Assembly (NCBI GenBank): GCA_973895155.1
Contig: OZ316891.1
Location: 10,975,875-11,039,874, forward strand
Length of the DNA stretch: 64,000 bases
Direction of reading: 5' to 3'
Origin: Marsupella aquatica
Taxonomy: Eukaryota; Plantae; Marchantiophyta
This document shows positions 27,984 to 40,700 of this stretch, in pieces. The first letter of the stretch is position 1. The number at the start of each line of letters is the position of its first letter. The notes beneath the pieces are model-generated. The model did not search any database. It saw nothing but the letters and a program-made list of their open reading frames with translations, and was not told where the DNA came from. A program made the position numbers and the translations under genes.

Positions 27984-28101
27984 ACCACTAGCTATGACAA
28001 AAACCATATTATTCTCTCTTGGATGAGGAGAAGAATGAATGACAAAGACCACTAGCCATGACAAAAACCATAAATATTATCCTTTCCTGGATGAGGAGAA
28101 G
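27984..28101. repeat. ~65-bp tandem duplication
   Basis: accactagc(t/c)atgacaaaa...tggatgaggagaag twice. Confidence 0.75.
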
Positions 28102-28269
28102 GAGAAAGAATGAGAGTAAAGTGAAAAAAGGAGATGTCTTGGATAGTTCCTCCTTTTATATGGCTAGTGTCTGTTTAAGCCAGATTTCGTGGGTTGATCT
28201 CAAAATGTTTCTGTTTTTTGTTAGGGTAGAAATGCATAGACCACATTCGATTAGACGTTAAAACAGTTG

Positions 28270-28612
28270 GGTCATGGCTCACAAAGTTAGAATTTGGTTT
28301 GTATACAGTTGGTCCGTCAGGTTTTGGAATGGGTTATCAGTTCCGTTGATGAACCAAATTCATGGCTCGCAAAGTTAGAAGTTATGCAATATACAGTGCA
28401 TCAGGTTTTTTTAATGGGTTAACTCCATTGGAAGAACCAAATTCACGGCTTGCAAAAAATGAGTAAAGAAAAGTGCCCAAATGATTTGCAATGAGTATAC
28501 AAACCAAATTCATGGCTCACAAAGTTAGAAATGTATATAGTATTCAGTGCATCTTGTTTTGAAATGGGTCAAATCCATTGAAGTAAATAAACTTCAAGGC
28601 TCGCAAAAAATG
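28270..28612. repeat. Degenerate tandem repeat, about 5 units
   Basis: Recurring aaccaaattcatggctc(a/g)caaagttagaa core. Confidence 0.75.
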
Positions 28613-31600
28613 GATTTTTAAAAAAGTGCTAAAACTATAGATTGCAATTTGTGAAAAATGATTTTTGATTTTCTCCCTCTCTCAAAAACCTAAATGACTC
28701 CATTCAAATAGCCAGCATACACAAAGGGAGACCCCTAGAAATTTCCTAGGGACTCAAGGTGAAGGTGTCCAACCAATGGGACTGGTGCCAGGGAAGAAGC
28801 TGGGCCTCAGAAGGAGGCAACTAAAATGATTTCTGAGAATATATGATTGAGTGTTTAAGATGTCCTCAAACTCTCAACTTCTTTCCCTGATGAGCTTGAA
28901 ATCCATCGACAACAAAGAGTTTTTAGCTCAAGTGGAGTTCATTCTGTAACATATTAAATCTTTCCAAAAATTACAATTTTACAGGTTCATTGCGGCCGGA
29001 GCCAGGCAGTGGACCTTTTGTAATGGACAAAGACCCAACACAGACTGCATTCAAGTGTGAGGTGTTACCTTAAGCCTTACAGGTCATATTTTCATTTGGA
29101 ACCAAGAAGGACAAAGGGACTACTCAAATGAAGCTTGAATGTATTAATAGGCTAATTGATAAAAACCAACTTTCCATGACATATCTTTTTGTGACATTTG
29201 GCTCTACCTAAGACAGCCTCTGATGACAATATTCAAATTGTTGGAGTGTGGGTTGTTTTGACAATTTGCTCAAAAAACTTTTGCGCACATTGTCACAAAA
29301 AAGGAATTCATGATGAGTGAAGATTTGGGAAAAAACCCCAAATGTGCACTAAGCTAACTCAATTTTTTTGCCACTTTGCTCACTTGTAGTGCGCCTAGTT
29401 GAATGACAGTACGGTAATTACTGTATACAATGAATAAAACATAAAGAGTTGTCATTTTTAGTCTACTGTATGTAGCAAGGATGATATGTCAAAATGCAAG
29501 CCCGATGGTTAAAGGATTTTTAGTACCTTGTGACAAAGGTAGGGTTGGGTACTAATGATTAGATATTGGAGAACCCAGAAATGAATCCTCTATTTAGTCA
29601 ATGTGCTATACAACAACTAAGAATCCTATATTCAGTCAATGTGCTATACAACAACTCATATATAGACTCCAATAACCTAAAGTCCCAATAACCTCATGAC
29701 TGAATAGCGTATAGTAATTCTAGTAGTTTTTCATTGGAGTGGCACTTTTTGTTCAATTTTACTAGATCTGGTCAACATAGCATTATAGTAGACCAACCTA
29801 GTAATTGTTGCAGATCCTCTTAGCCACAAACTGAAAAGCAAGCTATGGAGTAACCACATCAGATGGACAAATAAAACCCCTAAAACCACAGCCTCGCCAA
29901 ACAAAGAATAACGAATCATGCCTGAGCACTCTAAGAATTGCCCATCTAAAGTACTAAAGTAGGACACAATGGTAGGCACTGAGGTTAGAAGTGTCTTTTT
30001 AAGTATTTACTTAATGTTTGCTATACATCTTAATAATAAAGCCCAATGCAAAGCTACTTCTGAGGGCTACAGTGTAGAGTGAAACTTCTACACGGATTAC
30101 CTTAATTAATCTCACACACAGTATTTGGGAACAAAGGTTTTTGAAAGCTGTCACCGTAATTAATGTGTGTGAGACTATATAAGAAGTGAGACTAAATACA
30201 TGTTATTATAAATTAGAGTAAGTGAGATTATTTTTGGTGACACTCAAATAGTGTGTGATGAACACATATTATGTATATAGCTTATGAAAAGTACAAATAT
30301 TTCTAGTAGTAAGATATATTTGCGATGGCATATAAAATTAAAAATGAATGTCAATTGAAATTCAGATTTCATTAAAGTATGATGAAATGACAACCAGGTT
30401 ATAAATACAATCAAAATCAAATTAGAACGAATGACAATAGACTGAACTCTCTACTTATACTAATATTTATATTTTTCAGATTTGTAGTCACACCCTGATT
30501 AGTGTGTGTGATACTATTTATGCAGGGAGACTATATAAGTTATGATACTAATTACGGTAAACAGTGTAGACTGTAACTTTGAATATGGACAAAGCAGAAA
30601 AGTAAAGTGGACAAAAAGCAGAGATGAGGCAAAAATGAACCAGAAATTTAGGGAACCCCACATAAAGCCAACAATCATTGACAACATTTGAACCCAATCA
30701 ATCTCCACTCAAGTGAGCTACCACACAACCATGGGTAATATCATTATTCATTGGAGGGTTCTTCATTGTCTTGGTCTCTACTTATGTTCAGGGACTTAGG
30801 GGCAATAATAGAATTAGGGGTGGGAGTGAGGAATGGGGATGGGGGTGGGGCAGTGCTAGGAGTAGTGCACGAATAGTGCACTGTTTTTGAAAATAAGGCT
30901 GTTTGTGAAGAGAGTTGATGGAGTAGGGAGGCCCCATGTGAAGAGTTCAGCTGCTATCAAAGAGGGTCGAGGGCTATGGTGAAACGGAGCTCTTCTTCAA
31001 TTCCTTGAAGAATCGTTGGTGAAGGGTCGACACTTTTTCATTTTTCTCTACTCATGTTCTTGTTCATTTAATCTATTTTCAGGTGCAAAGAAGGGAAAGT
31101 CAGGCTAGTCCATGCCCGGTTTGGCCTTGATGGGCAAATGAGGGGTCTGAACCCCGTCATCTGTATCCGTCACATCCGGTCATCCTGATCCCACACCAAC
31201 CCTATCCTGGCCCAACCCCGCCCGGTCCCCAACCCCATACCAACCCGGTCCCAATCTTGAACTGGGGGACAGGCTCGCTAAACCGGAGATATTCAGGGCC
31301 GGCAGGGGATAAAAGAGGAATTTGCGCCATTTGACCCCATTTGGAGCGATAATGTGACAAGTTTATGTGTAGGGCAACACCTAAAGTTGCCTGTCAACTC
31401 AAAACCAGGAGTCCCTCCATCAAAGAAATCAAATTCACATTCCAATAGTAAATAATCTCAATCAAATCAACTGAAATTCAAATTCAATTCAAATAGTGAA
31501 TAATATGCAAGAGTGCCCGGGTAAGACGATAAGTACTTGTTTGCAATTGCGAGGCTTGCAATCGAGTTCGGCGGCATCCACCTTTAACCTGACAACAAGC

Positions 31601-31687
31601 TTAAATTTAAGCCACTTTCTGGAGTGCATGACGTGCGGTGGGGGGTTCTAAGCGTGAGCACGTGTCTGCTGCATTGGCGTCCGGGAG

Positions 31688-31920
31688 TGTTCCAACTACA
31701 GTTTGCGTCGAATCGTTGGTCCAGAAAACCTCATCTAGGACAGTTCCAACTCCAGTTTGCGTCGAATCGTTGGTCAGGACCGCCGCATGCTGAGGACCGC
31801 CGCATGCAGGATAGCTCCAACTTATTTTACACTAGGTTGCGTCGAACCGGTGGTCAGGATTCAGGACCACCGCATGCAGGATAGCTCCAAGCCTCCAACT
31901 CCACTTGCGTCGAATTGCTG
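31688..31920. repeat. Tandem repeat cluster directly upstream of the MIR536 TATA box
   Basis: Four ttgcgtcgaa cores plus repeated aggacc(g/a)ccgcatgc and ctccaact. Confidence 0.8.
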
Positions 31921-31942
31921 CTCACGCCCACCGGGTTGAAAG

Positions 31943-31948
31943 TATAAA
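31943..31948 (+). promoter_or_regulatory. Candidate TATA box of pri-miR536
   Basis: TATAAA ~50 nt upstream of the hairpin 5' arm. Confidence 0.5.
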
Positions 31949-31992
31949 TTCGTGACAGCACGCACCCAAATCTTCATTTTCCAATGGGACGA

Positions 31993-32155
31993 TGGCCTTT
32001 GGCTGCCACAGCCGGGTACGACAATTAGATTTCTTCTTCAGTCGGTTGTTCGTTGTGACCCTCAGTTCGGTTGTTTCTGGTGGATCCTGACGAAACGATT
32101 CGCTCTTGGAAACCTAGTTTCGTTGCCGTGCCAAGCTGTGTGCAACCGAAGACCA
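31993..32155 (+). ncRNA. MIR536: MIR536 precursor hairpin; mature miR536-like on the 3' arm at ~32126-32146
   Basis: ccgtgccaagctgtgtgcaac matches recalled miR536 (UCGUGCCAAGCUGUGUGCAAC) at 20/21; 5' arm ggctgccacagccgggtacgacaa (32001-32024) pairs with it, and pairing extends through tggcctttgg/ccgaagacca. Confidence 0.88.
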
Positions 32156-34278
32156 CGCAGGTCGTGACTCTACGCCGTCAGTCAAACAGAGAGAGTAACG
32201 GAAGGAGGTCTGTGCACGCATTCTCAGGAGTGTCTTGATCCAAAGGTTGGAAGGATCGACAAACGAAGGGAGTACTGATAGCTGATACAGCTTTTGGCAA
32301 TTTGTGTTCTATTTTGTTTTGGCGAAATGTACCACAGATGTCTGTTAAAACAATTCATTTCTTGTTCGGGATCAAACGGTGTCTATGTTGTATCTTAGAA
32401 ATCAGAAATTTTGATTTTGCTGTACTTATATGTAGTTGCTGTCATACAATACTATGATTTTCTCTTTGTCAGGACTGATTTGGGTCCTCACTCCGGATTT
32501 TTAGCTGTGCACGATTGCTTGATGTTCTCGATCGTTGGTGGTTGGAATATGACTCGAGAGGTTTACAGTATTTTCCGGAGGTGCTGTAACTGTACCAGAA
32601 TTGCTCTGCATCTTACTTCGATACTTTGCCTCACATCGTCTTTGGTCTCGTGTGCCCTTAGATCGTCGAACAGTATTGTGGGACTATTCTGAATAAAAAA
32701 TATTTCTCTCTGTTTACAGCAAGTTGCTCAAGAGGCCACTGATGTCAGCCCATGTCCTTTCGAGAGTTTGTGTATTTGACTCATAGAAATGCTGAAGAAG
32801 CGATCAAGTTGTGCTCATATCACAGTACTTGAATGGGCTGTGATTGTCGACAGAGATATCGTCGTTCATCCAATTCGCTGTGCGAACTACTTGTGGCCAA
32901 CTCCAAACTATAGCCATTGTCTATGATTTCTGTCTGTACATGTGAAGACAGCTAATGACTAGGCAATCAAAAGCAATGACTTAGTCTCTTCGTATCGTGC
33001 GTCGTGGGAATTGCGCCTAGCGATCTCCTTAGTTATACTTTCAGTTCAGCTACTAGCACTGTTAGTTAATTGTAGGTTGTGAGATTGTCTCTGAACACGG
33101 CCATTCATGAGGTCTGTCAGGTATTCCTCAAGACTGCTAGTGTCAAGTAATTTTTGCTTCCAATACCAGTTAGTTGGCAGGTCAAGAGATACGGGATGAT
33201 TGAAAATAAACTCCCTTGTACAGCCCTGTGCCCCTGTAATATTTTACATCCCCTATGAGGAAACAAAACGCGTCTGTTTGATTTGCGGCTCCGCCCTTAT
33301 CACATGTTAGTATAAATGCAAAGAATGTTGTCGCACGTAGTTGCTGTGTCAATGCGTGAATGGAATTGTTGTATGAGTAAGTCGAATTGAGCAATTGATC
33401 AAGGAAAAACTGGATTCTGTTTATCCAGGAAGTAGACAGCAGAATGACAATGGGAAGACGCGTCTTCTAGATCAATTTATTCAACAATGTCGAATAGCAA
33501 GCCTTAACCTTAAGGCACCATGCCCTACACGCGACGGGTTTTGACGTGTTCTTGCAATTAACCTTTGACTGTGCATTGAAAACTGAAATCCGCGCAAGGT
33601 ATAAAATGATATGTGTGAACTCCCTCAAGACCTGAAAGCTCCCGCAGGTCGACTGCTTTGGACTATTTGAAGCGTACTTACCGATGTTTCTAGCTAGCAT
33701 GTGTATTACTGATGGTCCGAGATCGTCAAACTTACAGATGAATGCCAGTAATGTCTTAGCCTGAGGCGAGTTTTTCTCTATGTTGACCTGTGTATGTTGA
33801 CCTGTATTGCAACTCCGTGGCTTCTCTACCCTGCTAGTCTTCAATCCTGGTCTGAGACGAAAAACTTGTCCATTATCGATGCTTCCTGCAACTCCAGATT
33901 ACAGCACTCGAGCCCGTAATTTAGTCCGGGTTAAATTGATCCAAGGCAACCGCTCGAGCCTCTTCGCAAATTACCGGCCATCACGTACGCTGCTTGTCTT
34001 CGTGCGAGACACAGTATTCGCTATCCTCTGTTCAGGATTTAGGGTCAAATGATCCACTGCTGTATTCGTGCAAACTCCTTTTCTCGGATTATGTCACACA
34101 GAGCACCTCGACTGTAGTAACTTAGAAGTACCACCGTAGTGCCCGAATTACGTCTCCTCGAACAAGCAAGACTCGTGTCGTAGCAGTTTACCACAATTTT
34201 ACCACAATTGGATGGACCTTAACTCCCTATTTATGCTTTAAGTACACAAACAGCTATGGCCCAAGCTATAGTCCATAA

Positions 34279-34462
34279 CTTTTTGCCATAAGAATATGTC
34301 CTATGCCATTACCATTAGTCACCCCTTTTGCCATAAGAATATTTCTTATGCCATTACCATTAGTCACCCTGGTGAAAGAAAAATAGTTACATAATCTTGT
34401 GAAAAAGTTATTAGTTACCCTGGTGAAAGCAAAATAATTACATAATGTTGTGAAAAAGTTAT
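34279..34462. repeat. Two adjacent tandem duplications (~45 bp and ~52 bp)
   Basis: cttttgccataagaatat...attaccattagtcaccc x2; ccctggtgaaag...gtgaaaaagttat x2. Confidence 0.8.
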
Positions 34463-34681
34463 GACCATATTGTTATGGCTGAATGTCATAACCCCTAATT
34501 TCTCAGCTTTGAGATGCCCTAATAACTCATGAACCACTCATGGACCAGGTATGGTGTGGATTCACGCAGACATTTCCAGGGGAAATGCTCCCTGGTAATG
34601 CCGTTACACCTGTACTGTTGTATGAGAGTTGTGTGCCATGCTGTTGATAATATGAACAGACATCAAGGAAGGAGTAAACTT

Positions 34682-34805
34682 GATAAAGCTCATTTGCATT
34701 TGGAGTGACCTAGAAGATGAACCTCAGTATTTTGCATTTGGATTAAACCTTGACGATGAAGCTCATTTGCATTTGAAGTGACCTGGAAGATGAAGCTCAT
34801 TTGAA
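34682..34805. repeat. ~35-bp minisatellite, about 4 units
   Basis: gatgaagctcatttgcatttg(g/a)agtgacct(a/g)gaa variants. Confidence 0.75.
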
Positions 34806-37727
34806 TTTTGATGTCACTGAATTTCAGTAGAAGACTAATTTCTTGTTATTTATCTCCTAATTGTTGTCTCCTCTTGAAAAAGAGCAAATAAAGTTTTATA
34901 GCCACGCCCCCCCCCCCCCCCCCCCCCACGCGCCCCACCCCACCCCCACAAACCAGAGAGAGCCCAAGTCAGAGCAGGATTTCCTAGTATTTTACAGTAG
35001 TTCTCTCCTGTTATTTTAGTTATCTCCATTTGAGCGCTCTATAATAGATGACTTGAAAGTCTAAGCCTGGATGGCCCTCAACCCATATACAACTGCGCTC
35101 TCATCTCTGGAGAAAGCTCTGGTATGCCTAGAATGCTTAGAAACTTTTTTGAAAGAGCCTTTCAATGAGCCTGATATTTTCAGATATATTCAAGTACTGA
35201 ATGGATCATAAATTTCTGAAATTCTCTTCACTTCCTTGACAATCTAACCATGGGCCAACCAAAACTTATTTAAAGTCCTCCCTGATCTCTTGATGAAACA
35301 TGTTGGAAAGAAGTTTCCAATGAGCCTAACATTGCAGATTTCTTCAAGCATTGAAAAGCTCATGAATTTCCAAATTGCTCTAGCTACTGCTCCTTGAACT
35401 TGTAGCTTTGTTGTCATCAGAAATGATTTAGAGTTTCTCACTCAGCACTCAATGAAACCTTATGATTGTGCTTAAAATCTTAGAAATGTTTTCAATGAGC
35501 TTGACATTGACATATTTTATCAAGTACTAAGGAGATGATAAATTTCTGAATTCACCTGTGGTTCCTTGAAGGTCTTGCAATGTCATCTGCAACAAAGAAT
35601 TCAAACTTCTTCCAGTCTCTCGCTTCAACACCTAAGAGCCATTGTCTGAAGTCTTTTGCTAAGCCCTTCAAATTCCTCCCGGACAGTCTCTCTTTAGCAC
35701 CTAAGAGCCATTGTCTAAAGTCTTTTACTAAGCCCTTCAATAGCAAAGCTTACGGTATGAAACTCTGGACTGAGTGACCTCAATCAATCTCAAGAAGAAA
35801 GATAACTATGAATTAAGAAATGGTGAAATTGCCTTTGTTGCGCCATGCCAAGAGATTGGAGGAACATCTGCAAGTATAGACTGCTGTTTTATTACCATGC
35901 ATTGACCCATCTCTCTTAATTGGTGGGGACTCCCATGCCCTACCCCATCTCTTCTCTCAAAAATGTCTTAGCAAATTGCCGTGGGAGATCCCCCCCCCCC
36001 CTTATGGTTTTCCTCTTTCCAGGGTTTTGGGGTTTGCATTTGCCCACTTTTGAGTTTGATGTGACTGTCCCTTGAGACCTCTTTAGCTTTCACTGCATTA
36101 CACTTTATTGGGCAAGTTTTTTTGGTAAGTTATGACCATTTTTCTTCTTGCACATGTATTCTATCCCTTCCAATTTTTAATATTTAATAAGAACAGCAGT
36201 ACATAAGCTAGTGCAGCATGAATAAGTGCGTTCAGTGGTTAAGTGCATGTCAACCATGTGATCCCCTAATATTACAGCTATTCCCTCTAGAAATGCACCA
36301 CAATATGCAGTCTACATAATTGCATGTCAACCCTCACTAAACCACAAATGGTGACACTAAATGACAAATCCATAAGACAGTGCATTCACATCTATAAGCA
36401 TCCATTTATCAATTTCTGCCTGCTTAAGTATATATAAGAAGCATTTTGTGATAAGTGCAACAGACAACATAAATTAGTTTGATGCCACTCCCCCCTCTGA
36501 ATGTTCTTAATTTTCTTCACCTAGCCCTCCTCTTTCAATAGGTTTATATTGCCATCTTGCCCATCCTTTGTTACAATATGCTATTTGTATCCTTATATTT
36601 GAAGGATATATAATTGACATTCCAGACGTGAGGGATTTCCTAAACTCTAAGCTATCTCTTCCCAAGAGATTGAGAAATAAGGCTTCAAGACAATGTCATC
36701 CCTTCCCATTTTCAGTAGCCCTCTCATCTTTGTTTCCAAAGTTTATGGTTTTGACATACTTGTAGCTAAGTAAAGTCATTATGAGAGAAAGGTCCACTTA
36801 TTTCACAATCTTTCATATTAAGCTAAATAATTGTGTATTAGAAAAATGAGATGTGGGGAGGGCTTTAAAAGTGCGCCCAACGCTTTCTAATACCATGAGC
36901 ATCGAGGAGAGGGCACAGGTACCAAGCCACCTAAAATTAGTTTGTTCTTGCTTCAAGTTGGTTCATAAAAATTTCACCCCAACTCTTTAACAAAAAGTAT
37001 TATTCTTCTTGACATCATTATAACAAGCCACTTAAGTTTCTTCTTAGGATACTGCACCTTTATTTACTAGATATGATATCCTAAAAGCTTATCACACCAT
37101 TTGGGGAAGTTAGTTGGAGCAAACTGTTAAAGTTTTCTTTCATTGTACTCTGTGTTTTTTCCTGGTTTATAAAATTTGGTGGAATTCCTTTTTTAAACTA
37201 TTGAAAAAAAGGGGAAAAAAGAAAAGAGAAAGTTGGAGCAACCTCATTCGCAAGTGCTGCCAACAAGTGTTTGCATCTATACTTGCAAACAAGAAGTGTA
37301 GACATCTCTACCGTGGAGGAAATAATATTGAAATTTTGAAATAGTCGATGAGGTCACTCAAGTTGCACCTAGCAACGTGAATGAATGCTTCAAGGAATAG
37401 CTAATAAATTGTGACATAGGCCCTGTGCATCCCAATTTTGTAATCGCACTTGTTGCAAGTTGAAATTGTCGGATCAAATCACAATCAACAATCTGGCGAT
37501 GTGAATCACCTGAGTGGGGCCTAGTGTTGAGCTCAGGTGGCCGCCAGCTGTGCCTTGTGATCAACGTGTTCTGAGCCACAGCCGCTTCTGGAATTTATAA
37601 GAATTATGAAAAATATATAATATACACACTAGCAGTTTTCTTGCCAACAAACGACTTGCAAGTTGCAGGAATTATTGAAAATTAAAAATTATAAGTGTGG
37701 GTCTTCTTGTCTTCGTAAAGACTTTTG

Positions 37728-40700
37728 TGTTGTAGCTCATCAACAACTAACTCCTTTATTCATTCCTCTTCCAATACATATAGTCCCTTAGGCAGGTAGG
37801 GTAGTTAGGCGGTTAGTCTTAACCAACTGTGGTAGGTCTAACCTTAGTTAGGCTAGAGTTAACTCGGGTTACAACACTCCCCCTTGGGTGTAACATGGTC
37901 TTGGGAAGGAATGTTGCACCCACATTTAGTTTACTCTAGGTGGTGGGAATGTAACCTCATTAAAACCCCCCCTCCTTTCTTGTGGGGGGAAAGAGTGTTA
38001 CCATTCCTTCTTAAAAATGTAATTCGTAAGTGTAATTGTGTTGTGTTAGTGGTAAATTACTTGTAAAGTCTAGTGTAGGTAATAGGAATGAAGTGTAAAC
38101 GCCCTAATGTATTTGCGGATTGTGTGGTCGATTGTTTCGTTTGTGAGTAGGGAGCTCTTCGGTTCGAGTGGGGGAAGATTCGCTTTCGATTGCTTCACGT
38201 TGTAAGTGGATTCGGAGATGGAGGTCGGGCGAATCTCCCCCTGAAGGTTGCCAGTTGAGCTTCTCACTGTCGATGGTCGAATCGATGTTGGTTCTTGTTT
38301 CTCCCAGGTTCGTTGTTGCGGCTCCTCCATGTTCTAAGTGCTTCACCGAGTGATTCTTTGTGACCTGGCGTACCTGTGATGTCGTGTCTGCATTCCGATC
38401 ATTGTGTCTCGAGTTTATTGATTCGATCCGGTCTGCAGTTGAGATAGGCTTCGCATCCCTATCGAGTGTGTATGCCGGTTGTGTAGATTCGGTGGGAGTG
38501 CTTTCGTAAACATGTCTGCAGAGTTGGATTCGCTAGAGATCCACTGAACTGCGATGCTTTTGTTCTGCTGCTCGTGAGTAAAGAAAAACTTAGGTGCAAT
38601 GTGTTTCGTTCTGTCTCCCTTGATGAACCCTGCTTGGATTTGATCGACACACGGTCTATTGTCTTCATAGAGTTGTGTGGGTGTGGTCAATCTCGGTATG
38701 CCTGTGTTTTCGTGTATGTGGTTGATCACATTGCGTAGCCATATGCATTCCCGGCTCGCCTCGTATAATGCGATTATTTCGGAGTGGTTTGACGAGGTTG
38801 TGGTCAATGTTTGCTTGTTGCTCCTCCATGAGATGGCCGTATTGCCCATCAGGAACACATACCCTGTCTGTGATTTCGCATCTGCGGGGTCCGACAGGTA
38901 TCCTGCATCCGCGTACCCGGTAAGTAAGTAAGTATCATGCTTGGGGTAGAATAAGCCGAGGTCTGTCGTGCCTCTTAAGTATCTGAAGATTCTTTTAATG
39001 CCGTTCCAGTGTCTTATGGTTGGCGTTGCGCTATGGCGTGCCAGTAGGTTCACTGAGAATGCCAGATCGGGTCTTGTCTGGTTAGCGAGGAACATCAGGA
39101 CCCCTATTGCAGATAGGTATGGTTTGTCTGAGCCAAGTAGTGGCTCGTTCTCGTTCCTCTTCCGGAAAATGTCCTTGTCCATATCCAATGAGCGAATGTC
39201 CATTGGGGATTTGACTGGTTTGGACTGATGCATATTGAATTGCTTCAGTATTTTTCTTGTATAAGTAGATTGGTGCAGTAGGATTCCATTTGGCAGATGT
39301 TCGAATTGTAGGCCGAGGCAGAAAGTAGTCTGTCCCAAGTCTCGCACTTCAAATGCCTTTTTCAGTAATTGGATAGTTTCCAGCATGATTCGGCTGGTCC
39401 CGAATAAGTTCAGGTCATCCACATATATTGCAATGATTATAACTTCACGTCCTTCCTGCTTGAGGAATATGCAAGGTGTGATATCTGAATTTTTAAATCC
39501 CATGGTTAACATTTCAGATTTAAATCTCTTATACCAAGTTAGGCCGCTCTGTTTCAGGCCATACATGGAGCGAAGGACTTGCACTGCAAAACGAGTTTGC
39601 TTGGTGAGCATTTGCTTTGAAGAAGCTTTTAGTGCAATTGATTTGGCTATTGTATGTAGTACTGCCTCATTGGTGTGATCGAATTTGCTTTTCTCAGTGT
39701 GATCTAGTCTCATGGGTGTCTGCTCCCCCTGGCAGTGGTGTTCCACACGTTGTATCAACTCGGGTGGTGCTTCCATGTGTATAACTGTGTCCAGGTGCCC
39801 ATATAAGTATGCCGTCACTATGTCCAGTTGGTGCATGGATAAGTTGTGGTACTGTGAAAAGGTGATTAGGTAGCGGTAAGTGATGGCGTCCATCACTGGG
39901 GAGTACGTGAGGTCGTAGTCACGGCCCGGGATTTGGGTAAAGCCCTTTGCTACTAGTCGGGCCTTATGTCTGACTACTTCCCCCTGTGCATTCCGTTTCT
40001 TCACAAAGGTCCATCTGCAGCCTGTGAGGTGAATGCCTGGTGCTGCTGGAGTGATGGGGCCGAAGACATGGCGAGATATAAGGGAGTCTAGTTCTAGGTT
40101 AATTGCTTTTTCCCACTCGGGCCAGTCTGAGTGGGTTTGTGCTTCCCGGATTGTCTTTGGATCATGTGAGTCTTCGTCTATTTGTTGGGATATATGGAAC
40201 GCGAATTTATCATCTATTGTTGTGTGTGTTCTGTCCCATATGTGCCCTGTGCTTCCATAATTGATAGCGATCTCGTCGTTATCTTCTGGTGTGGTGGTCT
40301 GAGGGGTTGGCAGTTCTGAATGTGGTGATGGAGCTCTTGGAGGTGCTGCTTTCCTTTGTCTGGGTTGTTTGTCTGTAGCTCCTAGGGGGCGGCCCCGCTT
40401 TGCTCGTGGTGAGGTTACAGTTGCCGGTTGGATGTCCATCTGTATGCGCGAAGGTGTGTTTGCTGCCGGTATGTGTGATCGGGTTATTTTTGCGGCATCT
40501 GCAAAAGAGTCTGGTAGGTGTTCTATCAGGTTTGTGAGGTGGAGTATTCTTTTAACTTCCGTGTCAGATTGGCTAGTTCGGGGATCCTGCCAAAATGCAG
40601 ATTGGATTTGCCAGGTGAGAGATTTGTCGCTATCTGTTTCCTGTCTTGTTTGTAGTTTTGGAAATGTAGTTTCATAGAAGTGGCAGTCGCTGAATCGGGC

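Noticed and set aside
28270-28612. Repeat-spacer-like pattern suggesting CRISPR (also 31688-31920, 34682-34805)
   Set aside because: Eukaryotic context, degenerate units, related inter-repeat sequence and no cas genes
33182-34150. ORFs of 70-125 aa downstream of MIR536
   Set aside because: No recognisable domain or splice-consistent model; more likely pri-miRNA or intergenic sequence
37520-37590. tRNA/SINE-like A-box (tgtggctcag on the minus strand)
   Set aside because: No B-box or cloverleaf could be built
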